Shown here one piece after another: positions 19,829-28,617 of a stretch of 32,000 bases of DNA (position 1 is its first letter; the number at the start of each line of letters is the position of its first letter). Source of the stretch: an uncultured Nitrosopumilaceae archaeon (GTDB lineage Archaea > Thermoproteota > Nitrososphaeria > Nitrososphaerales > Nitrosopumilaceae). The notes under the pieces are model-generated. The model saw only the letters and a program-made list of their open reading frames with translations, ran no database searches and was not told where the DNA came from. The translations under genes and the position numbers were made by a program. The stretch lies in assembly GCA_964475825.1 (NCBI GenBank), contig CAYYXT010000004.1, positions 60,958-92,957 on the forward strand, read 5' to 3'.

Positions 19829-21773
19829 CTTTGAATTTAATCTCCTTTTCCAGTCTTTTTATTCTATCTCGGCATTCAATTGCACGCTCAAAATCTAATT
19901 CTTCAGAATATTTTTTCATCTGAGATTCTAATTCAATAATATCAGTAGCAAGATCGTGTATTGATTTTAGTTTAGATTCATCTAATGTTGTAACTTGTTC
20001 AGGAACTGATTTTATGATTGTCTGGGGAGTTATGTTATGCTCCTTGTTGTATTGTATTTGTTTTTCTTGACGTCTTTTTGTTTCATCTATTGCATGAGAC
20101 ATTGATTTTGTAATGTTATCAGCATACATGATTACCGAACCGTTTACATTTCTTGCAGCTCTTCCAAATGTTTGAATCAAGCTAGTAAAGTTTCTCAAAA
20201 ATCCTTCCTTGTCTGCATCTAAAATTGCAACCAGTGAAACCTCAGGAATATCCAATCCCTCCCTTAACAAATTGATTCCAACTAGAACATCAAATTCTCC
20301 TAATCGTAATTGTCGGATTAATTCTGTTCTTTGCAATCCTTCTATTTCAGAGTGCATGTATCTCACCCTCACCTGTTTTTTTGAAAGATATTCAGCAAGG
20401 TCTTCAGCCATACGCTTTGTCAGAGTGGTGACTAAAACACGCTCATTTTTGGCTGCTCTTTTGGCAATTTCTTGAATTAGATCATCCATTTGATCCTTTG
20501 TGGATCTAATCTCCACTGATGGATCAAGTAGTCCAGTGGGCCTTACTAGCTGCTCTGCTATTTGAGATGATATTTTTTTCTCATATTCACTGGGAGTTGC
20601 AGATACAAAAATGGTGTTTTTCAGATAACCCTCAAATTCTTCAAATTTTAATGGTCTGTTATCATATGCACTTGGCAGACGAAAACCGTATGTCACTAGT
20701 TCCTTTTTTCTTGAATAGTCACCCTTGTACATTCCATGTAGTTGTGGCAAAGTAACATGTGATTCATCAATTACAAGCAGATAGTCATCTCCAAAAAAAT
20801 CCATCAAGCAAAATGCTTTCTCACCTGGTTGCCTTCCATCAAAATGCCTTGAATAATTTTCAATTCCTGAGCAATACCCCAACTCTTCTATCATCTCCAA
20901 ATCATATTTTGTTCTCATTTCCAGTCTTTGCTTTTCTAATTCATTTAGTTCTGGCAGTCGTTTTTCTAGCTCGTCTTTAATTGAAAGTACGGCTTTTTCT
21001 CTAACATCTTTTGCAATCAAATAGTGTTTTGCAGGAAAAATTTTCATCTGAGTGACTTTACGTTTTTCTTTAAGCGAGATATTATCAAGCAATGTGATTT
21101 TTTCTACGTCGTCACCAAACATTGAAATTCGTACAATATCTTCAGAATACGCAGGCACAATATCTATCGTATCGCCCTTTACTCTGAAATTACCAGGAGC
21201 TACTACTACTTCGGTATCATTTCTTTCATATCTTGCATCAATGAATTTTTTTATTAGTTCATTTCTTTTTATTACATCGCCGGCATTAATTGTAATTGCC
21301 AAATCGTCCCAATCCTGAGGATTGCCAAGTGAATAGATACAAGATACTGTTGAGACAATAATCGTTGGGTCTCCAGATAGCAGCATTGCAGTTGCCTCTA
21401 ATCGTAATTTTTCAATTTTTTCATTGATTTGAGTCTCTTTTTCAATATAGGTATCTGTTTGAGGTAGATAACTTTCAGGCTGATAATAATCATAATAGGA
21501 TACAAAATAGCCTACATTATTTTTTGGAAAAAACTGCTTGAATTCAGAGTACAGTTGGGCAGCCAGAGTTTTGTTGTGAGAGATGACCAATGTATTTTTT
21601 CCAGTTCTTGCAATGACATTTGCAATAGAAAATGTCTTTCCACTGCCAGTTACACCAAGTAATGTCTGAATTGTTCCCTTCTTTACACCTTCAACTAGGG
21701 CATCAATTGCTTGGGGTTGATCACCAGTAGGTTCAAACTCGGATACTAGTTCAAATTTATGAATTTGTTGCAA
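19815..21773 (-). CDS. uvrB: excinuclease ABC subunit B
   Basis: 652 aa. Helicase motifs GVTGSGKTF and DESH, and a C-terminal UVR domain (ELDFERAIECRDRIKRLE). 14-nt overlap with uvrA. Confidence 0.97.
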   Translation of the reverse strand: MQQIHKFELVSEFEPTGDQPQAIDALVEGVKKGTIQTLLGVTGSGKTFSIANVIARTGKNTLVISHNKTLAAQLYSEFKQFFPKNNVGYFVSYYDYYQPESYLPQTDTYIEKETQINEKIEKLRLEATAMLLSGDPTIIVSTVSCIYSLGNPQDWDDLAITINAGDVIKRNELIKKFIDARYERNDTEVVVAPGNFRVKGDTIDIVPAYSEDIVRISMFGDDVEKITLLDNISLKEKRKVTQMKIFPAKHYLIAKDVREKAVLSIKDELEKRLPELNELEKQRLEMRTKYDLEMIEELGYCSGIENYSRHFDGRQPGEKAFCLMDFFGDDYLLVIDESHVTLPQLHGMYKGDYSRKKELVTYGFRLPSAYDNRPLKFEEFEGYLKNTIFVSATPSEYEKKISSQIAEQLVRPTGLLDPSVEIRSTKDQMDDLIQEIAKRAAKNERVLVTTLTKRMAEDLAEYLSKKQVRVRYMHSEIEGLQRTELIRQLRLGEFDVLVGINLLREGLDIPEVSLVAILDADKEGFLRNFTSLIQTFGRAARNVNGSVIMYADNITKSMSHAIDETKRRQEKQIQYNKEHNITPQTIIKSVPEQVTTLDESKLKSIHDLATDIIELESQMKKYSEELDFERAIECRDRIKRLEKEIKFKDGRK

Positions 21774-21828
21774 CAGTTACGATCATCTAAAACTGAATTT
21801 AAAGCAATGGTGATATCACAAATAATTC

Positions 21829-22479
21829 CTACCAGACAGGTTCATCAACCATTTGTAATCCATTTTCAGTTATCTCAAATCCCATAATTTTCAAAGTCTC
21901 TTTTGCAGTGGGGGAATTTCTTTTCAATATTTTTTCTGCCAAATCCATTCTGCTCTCTGCATGCATATGTTGTCCAATTTTGTATTTTCCATGAAGTGTG
22001 TCAGGAATGACTTTGATTACGACAACGGCATCTAAAACTCTCATAGTAGACTGGATTGGATCATATCCTCCTTCGGGCTGATATTTTTTCATAAGACCAT
22101 TTAGTGCAAGTGTTTTTTCTTCTCTATCTGTTACTAGTGATGCTCTGCCCTTGATTACAATACTGATGTATAATGTATCTGCAAGTGATGCATCTTTTGG
22201 ATCTTCAAAATAGGAAGGCAGAAACTCCAGTTCCCTATCAACTTCAAAACCAACTTTGTTGTTTCGATTGATGTTATCAATTTTCTCACCTTTGATATGA
22301 GAATGCAGATATACTGAATCATTCAGAAAAACAAAATTCATTGGTATTATCTGAGGGTATCCATTCTCATCAATACTAGAAATTCGTCCGATATGTTCTT
22401 GATTCAAAAATTCTTGGATTTTTTTATATGACTTGATTTGTAAAATTCCAACTAGTTGCATCAAGGTTATTTTCATCAA
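21829..22479 (-). CDS. pyridoxamine 5'-phosphate oxidase-family FMN-binding (split-barrel) protein
   Basis: IGRISSIDENGYPQIIPMNFVF..DSVYLHS is typical of PNPOx-like/Nim-like proteins. The true start may be an internal Met. Confidence 0.75.
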   Translation of the reverse strand: MMKITLMQLVGILQIKSYKKIQEFLNQEHIGRISSIDENGYPQIIPMNFVFLNDSVYLHSHIKGEKIDNINRNNKVGFEVDRELEFLPSYFEDPKDASLADTLYISIVIKGRASLVTDREEKTLALNGLMKKYQPEGGYDPIQSTMRVLDAVVVIKVIPDTLHGKYKIGQHMHAESRMDLAEKILKRNSPTAKETLKIMGFEITENGLQMVDEPVW

Positions 22480-22536
22480 TAATATTATAAATCCAGATCA
22501 TAAATCTCTAAAATACCCGTTGATTGAAGAAAAATC

Positions 22537-22770
22537 ATGAATGATCCTTATCTAAATGATCTAAAAAACGAGTTCAGAGAATACTCATCAGAACTAAAAA
22601 TATTAAATAAAAATCTCTTAAAATCAAATTCATCTGAAGAACAATCAAGAATTATAAAAAAAATAGACAGTATTGCAAAAGAGATGGAAAAAAATCAAAG
22701 GCAGTCAGTCAGAGTAACAAAATCAAGATTAAAAGAAAAGAGCAAATCAAAAAAAACTTCCCAATCTTGA
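22537..22770 (+). CDS. hypothetical Lys-rich coiled-coil protein (77 aa)
   Basis: ORF track only. Confidence 0.35.
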   Translation: MNDPYLNDLKNEFREYSSELKILNKNLLKSNSSEEQSRIIKKIDSIAKEMEKNQRQSVRVTKSRLKEKSKSKKTSQS

Positions 22771-22810
22771 TCAAAATTCCTAAAATATAGGATAATGTAG
22801 AGTTAGAGAG

Positions 22811-23236
22811 TTGGACGAAAGAGAAGAAGAACGGAGCAGAGCAACAAATGTGGCACTTAAAACCCTAGAGGAATGGGGAACTAATTCAAGATTTATTTGG
22901 TTTAGAGAACTGCATAGAATTACAGATATTGACAAAGGGCTACTAAGAAACATTCTCAATGATTTGAAAAAATCAAAAGAGGTCAAAGAGATGCATGGTA
23001 CAAATAACAGGATATTTTTTTGTCTAAGAAAATACTATACAAAATGTCACGATATAGAATTTAGATTTAAAGGAAAACCAATAATGCTCAGAGACGGAAG
23101 TAAAGTCAAAGTAATACAAGGTGAAACCAACTCCACAGCACGTACAAGAAAAAGATTAGAAAAACAACAAAAAAGACGACAAGTAAAATCATACACTAGA
23201 ATGAAAAGCAGAAACAGACGACCACATAAATCATAA
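22811..23236 (+). CDS. hypothetical protein (141 aa) with a strongly basic C-terminal tail; possible nucleic-acid binder
   Basis: TTG start in the ORF track. The C-terminus is RTRKRLEKQQKRRQVKSYTRMKSRNRRPHKS. No family recognised. Confidence 0.4.
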   Translation: MDEREEERSRATNVALKTLEEWGTNSRFIWFRELHRITDIDKGLLRNILNDLKKSKEVKEMHGTNNRIFFCLRKYYTKCHDIEFRFKGKPIMLRDGSKVKVIQGETNSTARTRKRLEKQQKRRQVKSYTRMKSRNRRPHKS

Positions 23237-23241
23237 ATTAT

Positions 23242-23472
23242 TCAGTATTGAGGATCTGCTTTTCTATGCATAAGATTGAATTCGGCGCGTTTTAGTTTTG
23301 CAGATTCTGCTACGTCTTCAGTCATATCATATAGATGATGGAGCTCCAAACTAGAGGCTATTTCATCTTCTTTTTGGTCTTCCAAGTCCAACTCAAGATT
23401 AGATAAAATATCCATATTTTCTTCTAGAATTTTCAGGCATTTTTTTATTGCTTCAGGAAGTTCATCGTCCAT
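23242..23472 (-). CDS. hypothetical acidic protein (76 aa)
   Basis: ORF track only. Confidence 0.35.
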   Translation of the reverse strand: MDDELPEAIKKCLKILEENMDILSNLELDLEDQKEDEIASSLELHHLYDMTEDVAESAKLKRAEFNLMHRKADPQY

Positions 23473-23525
23473 TACGACTATCTAGAATTAGGATAGTAAA
23501 TGATTTTCGATGTCCAGGTGGAGGC

Positions 23526-24653
23526 TTATTTTTGTAGTTTTTCTCGCAGATAGGGCATTACGTGGCTTGCAAATTTGTCAATGGAGCCAAAGTAGTTTTT
23601 ACCCCAGAATCTAATTACAAAGTGGTTTACACCCGCTTTCATGAATCGCTCAAATGTTGGAATGATATCATCGGGGGTACCAACAGCAGTTGATGAACGA
23701 GCAATTTTATCAGGAATTTTTGTTGCTGCCTCTCTCATCTTGACAATCCAAGATTGATCAGACATTGAATATTCTGTAAAGTATTTTACAAAATCAAATC
23801 CTTCAATTTCTTTAATACCATGAACACGTAACACTTCTGGTTTGAACAAACTTACCTTTACTGCTTCTTTCATTTTTGCCCAAGATTCTTCTGCATCTTC
23901 TGAAAAGTAAACATCAATATCTAATGCATACTGGAAAGTATCCTTTTCTTTTTGAGTTCGGTTATGTTTATTCATAGATGCTTGAATTTGTTTTGCATGA
24001 TCTTCAAACAACTCTGGAGTGTAACCGATTGGCAACCAACCCTCTCCGAGTTTTCCGGTAAGTTCCAAAGTACGCGTACCGCCTGATGCCATATATGTTG
24101 GTGGATGTGGTTTTCTAATTGGTGGTGCTTGAAGACATGCACCTTCTAATTTGTAATATTTGCCGTCATAATTTACAGTGTGATCAGGAGTGGAACCATA
24201 CAAAATTTTGATAACTTCAATTTGTTCTTCCCATTTAGAAACTGGTTTTTCAAACGGAATACAAAATTCTTTTAGATTTTGAGCCTCACCTGCACCAATT
24301 CCTAAAATTGCTCTTCCTTTTGAAACTCTGTCAAGTGTAATTGCAGCTAGTGCAATGTTTGACGGATGTCTTCTAATTGCATCAGTTACACAAGTTCCTA
24401 TTTCGACATTATGTGTAACGGCGGCAATTGCAGATAGCATTACCCAAGGATCTAAAACAATTGCGTTTTTCCATTGTGGAACATTTGTGTGATCCATATA
24501 AAAAATAGAGTCATAACCTGTTTTATCGGCAAGCATGCAAGCAGTTAAAATTTGATCTTCAGTGTATCCCGCCCGGGCAACATTTAATCCATTTTGAATA
24601 CCGAATTTTAATGGTTTTTCAGTAATCATACACTTGGAGAATAATATTAGCAT
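23526..24653 (-). CDS. luciferase-like monooxygenase (LLM) family, probable F420-dependent oxidoreductase
   Basis: TIM-barrel LLM pattern: KFGI...GYDSIFYMDH...LDRVSKGRAILGIGAGE. The Met at 24627-24629 (MITEKPLKFGI) is a more likely start than 24653. Confidence 0.8.
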   Translation of the reverse strand: MLILFSKCMITEKPLKFGIQNGLNVARAGYTEDQILTACMLADKTGYDSIFYMDHTNVPQWKNAIVLDPWVMLSAIAAVTHNVEIGTCVTDAIRRHPSNIALAAITLDRVSKGRAILGIGAGEAQNLKEFCIPFEKPVSKWEEQIEVIKILYGSTPDHTVNYDGKYYKLEGACLQAPPIRKPHPPTYMASGGTRTLELTGKLGEGWLPIGYTPELFEDHAKQIQASMNKHNRTQKEKDTFQYALDIDVYFSEDAEESWAKMKEAVKVSLFKPEVLRVHGIKEIEGFDFVKYFTEYSMSDQSWIVKMREAATKIPDKIARSSTAVGTPDDIIPTFERFMKAGVNHFVIRFWGKNYFGSIDKFASHVMPYLREKLQK

Positions 24654-24728
24654 AAATAAGTTTGGTCAAAGCAGTCAATTTCGCAGTTTATTAACAAAAT
24701 AGAAAAAATGTAAAAACAGTGGAATTTG

Positions 24729-25673
24729 TTACAGATTACCTGATTTAATATCTTGTAGACACTTGATGACGTCTTGTTTGGAGATTGGAATTGGGTTTGG
24801 ATCCAAATGTCCTCTGTCAGTCATTACTGTATCTGCTGCATCTGAAACATCAGCTTTTAGATCAAGTTTGTCAAAGCCTAGCTTTTTCATGGCCTCCTTG
24901 AATCTACCATAGAAGATGGATTTGTTATGCTTGTGTGCAACTGTAGTACAAGAAGACAAAGAATATCCATGTGGCACTCCTTCATTTGAGAAGACATATG
25001 ATAGTGCATGTCCAAGAGTAGTTGAGCAGTTACCAAATCCAATGCCAGATAACATTGAACCGTATGGATAGTTTTCTGGTTTGTCATTTATTATTGCATC
25101 GTATAGAATCTCAAATGCTTGTTTACACATGGTTCTTGTAAAGTCATTACCAAGTTTGCTGTCATAGCCCTCGGTTGCTTGAGCACATGCGTCACAAACA
25201 GAATTTTTGATGACTTGTTCTGGAGTGCCATCCATAAAATATGAATCCACTACAGCCATGTCAGCAAGAAATCTGTCTTCTCGCAACAATTTCTTTTTTC
25301 CATCAAATTTCAAAACGCAATACGTTGTCATTTCAGCTCCAGTTCCAAAGGTAGTTGGAATTAAGATTTTTTCTTTTTTCATCTCGGGTGCAGCATATTT
25401 TACTACGTCCATCGAACTTCCTCCACCCAATCCAATTAGGACTGATGGGTTCTTGTCTTTGAATTGTGAAATCACAGCATTGACATCATCAATTGACGGT
25501 TCAGGTTTTACTTGATCATACAGCATATAGTCCTTAATTCCCATTTTGCCAAGCCATTTGTCAGAAAGTTCTGGAGGAACGGTTGTAACAACTAGGGCAT
25601 TTTTTGGATATTCTGTTTCACCAAGTGCATTTTTTCCAAAATTGATAACTTTTGGAATACGTACTGTGTGCAT
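24729..25673 (-). CDS. iron-containing (group III) alcohol dehydrogenase, short form; candidate malonic semialdehyde reductase
   Basis: 314 aa. GLGGGSSMDVVKYAA nucleotide-binding motif and His-rich metal site (GHALSY...PHG). See findings for the functional inference. Confidence 0.8.
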   Translation of the reverse strand: MHTVRIPKVINFGKNALGETEYPKNALVVTTVPPELSDKWLGKMGIKDYMLYDQVKPEPSIDDVNAVISQFKDKNPSVLIGLGGGSSMDVVKYAAPEMKKEKILIPTTFGTGAEMTTYCVLKFDGKKKLLREDRFLADMAVVDSYFMDGTPEQVIKNSVCDACAQATEGYDSKLGNDFTRTMCKQAFEILYDAIINDKPENYPYGSMLSGIGFGNCSTTLGHALSYVFSNEGVPHGYSLSSCTTVAHKHNKSIFYGRFKEAMKKLGFDKLDLKADVSDAADTVMTDRGHLDPNPIPISKQDVIKCLQDIKSGNL

Positions 25674-25727
25674 GAATCAAAGGCATCATTGATTATTATT
25701 ATATCTTACAGTAAGAGAAATTAGTAT

Positions 25728-27005
25728 ATGATTATTCAAAATTATGAAGATTTAGCAACATCAGAAAAGAAAAGAGAATGTTTGGAGATTTTGGAGGCAG
25801 GACTAAAAGCTGCAGACCCAGAGAACATCATACCAAAATTTGTTACTCCAGAAGAAATTAAAATTAACGGAAAAATTCTCAAACTGAGAGGCTTTTCCAA
25901 CATTTACACAGTAGCATTTGGGAAAGCTGGAGATTCTATGACGAGGGCATTAAATGCAATTATTCCAATTAAAAGCGGAATCATAGTAATTCCAAAAGGA
26001 TCCAAATCAAAAATAAAAGGCAAAAAATTTCAGATTTTTAATTCAGGGCATCCAAAACCAGATCAAACAAGCGTAAAGGCTGCAAAAGAAGTAACAAAGT
26101 TTCTTCAAAATAGAAGGGATGGTGAATTGGTAATCTTTCTGGTTTCCGGTGGGGGATCATCACTACTTGCCATTCCAGACGACATAACATTAGATGATAA
26201 AATCTATGTAACCAATCTGTTGTTAAAATCAGGAGCCAGTATTCAAGAGTTTAATTGTATTAGAAAGCATTTGTCAAAAATAAAAGGTGGCAGACTAGTT
26301 GAAAATATCAAATGTCATGGAATTGGACTTGTGATGTCAGATGTTGAAGGAGACGATCTTTCATCTATTGCATCAGGAACAACATACATGGACAATACCA
26401 CTTTTCTAGATGCACTAAACATAATCAACAAATATAAATTAAAAAACAAAATTCCATTAGAAATTCTACAGAGATTCGAAGATGGGTTTAAAGGAAAAAT
26501 TCCTGAAACTCCAAAAAAAGCAAAGATAGTAAATCAGATCATTGCAAATAACAAAGATTGTCTAAAAGCAATGGAATCCAAAGCCAAAGAATTGGGATAT
26601 AAAGTAAAAACAATACAAGTGTTTGGCAACATAAAAGATGCTACAAAAACAATTATGGAGAACATACCAGATGAGCAAAAAAGTTGTCTCATTTTTGGCG
26701 GGGAAACTACAGTTGAAGTCATTGGAAAAGGATCGGGGGGGAGAAATCAAGAATTAGTTTTAAGAATTTTAAAGAATGCACAAAATTTAAAAAAAATGAT
26801 CATTTCATCAATGGGGACAGACGGAATAGATGGAAATACATTTTTTGCAGGAGCTATAACAGAGAACATCAAAATAGATGAATCAATAATCAAAGAATTC
26901 TTAAAAAATAGCGACTCTGGAAGATTTTTTCAAAAACAAAAAAGTAGCATCAGAACAGATTTTACTCACACAAATCTGATGGACATAGGCGTGATATTGA
27001 AATGA
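25728..27005 (+). CDS. glycerate 2-kinase / hydroxypyruvate reductase-like protein (DUF4147 + MOFRL domains)
   Basis: 425 aa. FLVSGGGSSLL, KHLSKIKGG, and the C-terminal MOFRL hallmark GGETTVEV.GKGSGGRNQE and GTDGIDG. Confidence 0.85.
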   Translation: MIIQNYEDLATSEKKRECLEILEAGLKAADPENIIPKFVTPEEIKINGKILKLRGFSNIYTVAFGKAGDSMTRALNAIIPIKSGIIVIPKGSKSKIKGKKFQIFNSGHPKPDQTSVKAAKEVTKFLQNRRDGELVIFLVSGGGSSLLAIPDDITLDDKIYVTNLLLKSGASIQEFNCIRKHLSKIKGGRLVENIKCHGIGLVMSDVEGDDLSSIASGTTYMDNTTFLDALNIINKYKLKNKIPLEILQRFEDGFKGKIPETPKKAKIVNQIIANNKDCLKAMESKAKELGYKVKTIQVFGNIKDATKTIMENIPDEQKSCLIFGGETTVEVIGKGSGGRNQELVLRILKNAQNLKKMIISSMGTDGIDGNTFFAGAITENIKIDESIIKEFLKNSDSGRFFQKQKSSIRTDFTHTNLMDIGVILK

Positions 27006-27270
27006 ATTTTTAGTTGCACAGAACTTCTCGTTTTTCTATTTTTGCCTTTTCTTTTCTCATTCTGGCTATAACTGCGGCCAATTGTGCATCGTGAATTTCA
27101 TCAAGAGTGTCGCACATACCAAAAGAATATCTTGCACATACTTAAATGATGACTGAAAATTTGCAAGTATTATTCTGTAATTTATGGTTGTTTAAAATAC
27201 AGACATAAAATAAACAAATTTTTAATTGAAAATAGGCTTGCTTGAAATACCATATTTGCCATATTATGCT

Positions 27271-27366
27271 ATGATCAAAAAAAGTATGAGTAAGTGTGAG
27301 GAACTATCCTGCATATGTAAATGTCATGAAGGAACAGATTATAGAAGGAGAAGGGTAAGAGGATAA
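27271..27366 (+). CDS. candidate small Cys-rich ORF (31 aa: MIKKSMSKCEELSCICKCHEGTDYRRRRVRG)
   Basis: Found by manual reading and below the ORF-track size cutoff. It ends 3 nt before the start of the RAM-domain gene. Speculative. Confidence 0.2.
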   Translation: MIKKSMSKCEELSCICKCHEGTDYRRRRVRG

Positions 27367-27369
27367 GAC

Positions 27370-27615
27370 ATGGAAATAGCATATATCTTGATACAATGTG
27401 ATTTGGGTTCAGAAGAGCAAATCATTAAGGAGATTATGAAAATTCCAGATGTAAAAGAAGTCAGAGGGACATATGGGATCTATGATGTTTTTTGCAAGGT
27501 ACAATCAGATACTAGAGAAACGCTTGATCAAGTGATTACCAACAAAATTAGAAAGATTCAAAAAATTCGTTCAACTATAACATTACATTATATTCCATCA
27601 CAAGGTGGCAAGTAA
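27370..27615 (+). CDS. stand-alone Lrp/AsnC-type RAM (ligand-binding) domain protein
   Basis: 81 aa. The beta-alpha-beta-beta-alpha-beta pattern AYILIQCD...IKEIMKIPDVKEVRGTYGIYDVFCKV is typical of AsnC_trans_reg/RAM domains. No HTH. Confidence 0.65.
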   Translation: MEIAYILIQCDLGSEEQIIKEIMKIPDVKEVRGTYGIYDVFCKVQSDTRETLDQVITNKIRKIQKIRSTITLHYIPSQGGK

Positions 27616-27902
27616 TTGTTAGAACAACAATTCTAGAGTACTAATGTTTGGATAGAACACGCTATTTTGATAAGATTTTAGCCTTATTTTTGTAACAATA
27701 CAATATCGTGGATCAATTTTGTATTAACTTAAGGATTAGGAAGAGTTTAGAATCTAAAACTGATCAATTACTAATCTTGTAGAGTATTGTTTAGTAAAAC
27801 AAAAAGAGTGTAAGATTTAATAAAAATGATTTTAGAAAATTACTTAATTTTGTATTGAGAAATATTGGGAATGGGTTGGCATTTAAAGAAAATCAAGTTT
27901 AT

Positions 27903-28160
27903 CTAATGTTTCTTGTAGATTTTTCCTCTATGATCAGTTTCCACAACAAAGATTATCATTTTACTTTGCTGTAAATCCAAAATCACCCTATAATTCCCCA
28001 CTCGAAGTTTGTAAAATGGTGAATTTGTTAGTCTTGTCACAGTTTGGAATGGGTTTTCTACGCAATCTAGTACTGAATCATAAATTTTTTGTGCATTTTT
28101 TGTATCAATTTTTTCTAATTGTTTGACAGATTTCTCAGACCAAATGACTTCCCAAGTCAT
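27903..28160 (-). CDS. relE: RelE/ParE-superfamily type II toxin (mRNA interferase)
   Basis: 85 aa. W.V.WS..S.KQL.KID......I...L......P, then YKLRVGNYRVILDL......I.VV....HRGKIYK is the classic RelE/StbE pattern. Confidence 0.8.
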   Translation of the reverse strand: MTWEVIWSEKSVKQLEKIDTKNAQKIYDSVLDCVENPFQTVTRLTNSPFYKLRVGNYRVILDLQQSKMIIFVVETDHRGKIYKKH

Positions 28161-28163
28161 TGC

Positions 28164-28397
28164 CTATTTTAGTCCTAATTTCTTTTTCACTTGTTCTGAT
28201 GTATACACACGTCCTGCCTTGATGTCTGCAACGCCCTCTTCAATGTTCTTGATGGTAGTCTTGCTTAGTACTTCATCTTCTTGAGTAATTTTTAAGAGTC
28301 TAGCAATTACTGTTTCATATGTTTCTCTAGGATGATTCATTTGTTTTCTTAGATCATTTTTGATCTTTTTAGAAAGCTTGATCGTACTTTGTTCCAT
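28164..28397 (-). CDS. type II antitoxin (RelB/RHH-like) cognate to the downstream RelE
   Basis: 77 aa, stop 3 nt before the relE ATG. The C-terminus IEEGVADIKAGRVYTSEQVKKKLGL is common in archaeal and bacterial antitoxins. Confidence 0.7.
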   Translation of the reverse strand: MEQSTIKLSKKIKNDLRKQMNHPRETYETVIARLLKITQEDEVLSKTTIKNIEEGVADIKAGRVYTSEQVKKKLGLK

Positions 28398-28427
28398 AGT
28401 ATACCATATTATACCACAGTATAATAT
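28398..28427 (-). promoter_or_regulatory. three tandem 10-bp repeats overlapping the presumed TATA box of the antitoxin-relE operon (putative operator)
   Basis: Plus strand: AGTATACCAT ATTATACCAC AGTATAATAT, directly abutting the antitoxin ATG (28395-28397). Confidence 0.5.
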
Positions 28428-28490
28428 AAAAAGTTCTTGTTATTTAGATTAAAGAGCCCTATAAGATTCGATACAATATTGTCACTATTT

Positions 28491-28548
28491 CAAGTTCCAA
28501 AAGTAATTTAGAATCCTCGAGTGAGATTTACAAAATTAGGTTAACACT
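28491..28548. repeat. direct repeat copy A flanking the Fic gene
   Basis: The core 28512-28548, AATCCTCGAGTGAGATTTACAAAATTAGGTTAACACT, matches 29720-29756 at 32/37 positions. It extends 5' to a shared CAAGTT...GTA(A)TT(T)A with an indel. Confidence 0.8.
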
Positions 28549-28617
28549 GAAGTAATGATCATCAATTTTATTTTCAGTTCTTAACACATATTCACGGTGA
28601 ATAGTAAACTTTCAGGC

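Noticed and set aside
17422-21318. Plus-strand ORFs inside uvrA/uvrB (17422-17640, 19080-19358, 20209-20475, 20519-20755, 20759-20980, 21052-21318)
   Set aside because: All are antisense to well-supported uvrA/uvrB coding sequence, and none has a motif.
22780-22986. 68-aa minus-strand ORF
   Set aside because: It overlaps the longer 141-aa plus-strand ORF and has Ser/Leu-rich shadow-like composition. The choice between the two is admittedly not certain.
27010-27117. 35-codon minus-strand ORF (MCDTLDEIHDAQLAAVIARMRKEKAKIEKREVLCN) just after the glycerate kinase gene
   Set aside because: It is plausibly a helical micro-protein, but there is no supporting evidence from motif, coupling or visible conservation, and it is too short to call.
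27144-27200. C-box-like ATGATGA followed by CTGA, considered as a C/D-box sRNA
   Set aside because: The CTGA follows the C box immediately with no guide spacer. No properly spaced C'/D' and terminal D box or terminal stem could be found.
27626-27637. ACAATTCTAGAG, a possible third partial copy of the Fic-flanking repeat (11/12 match to ACAATTCTCGAG in copy B) just after the RAM-domain gene
   Set aside because: The similarity does not extend beyond 12 nt, and by rough estimate a match of this size could arise by chance in 32 kb of AT-rich DNA.
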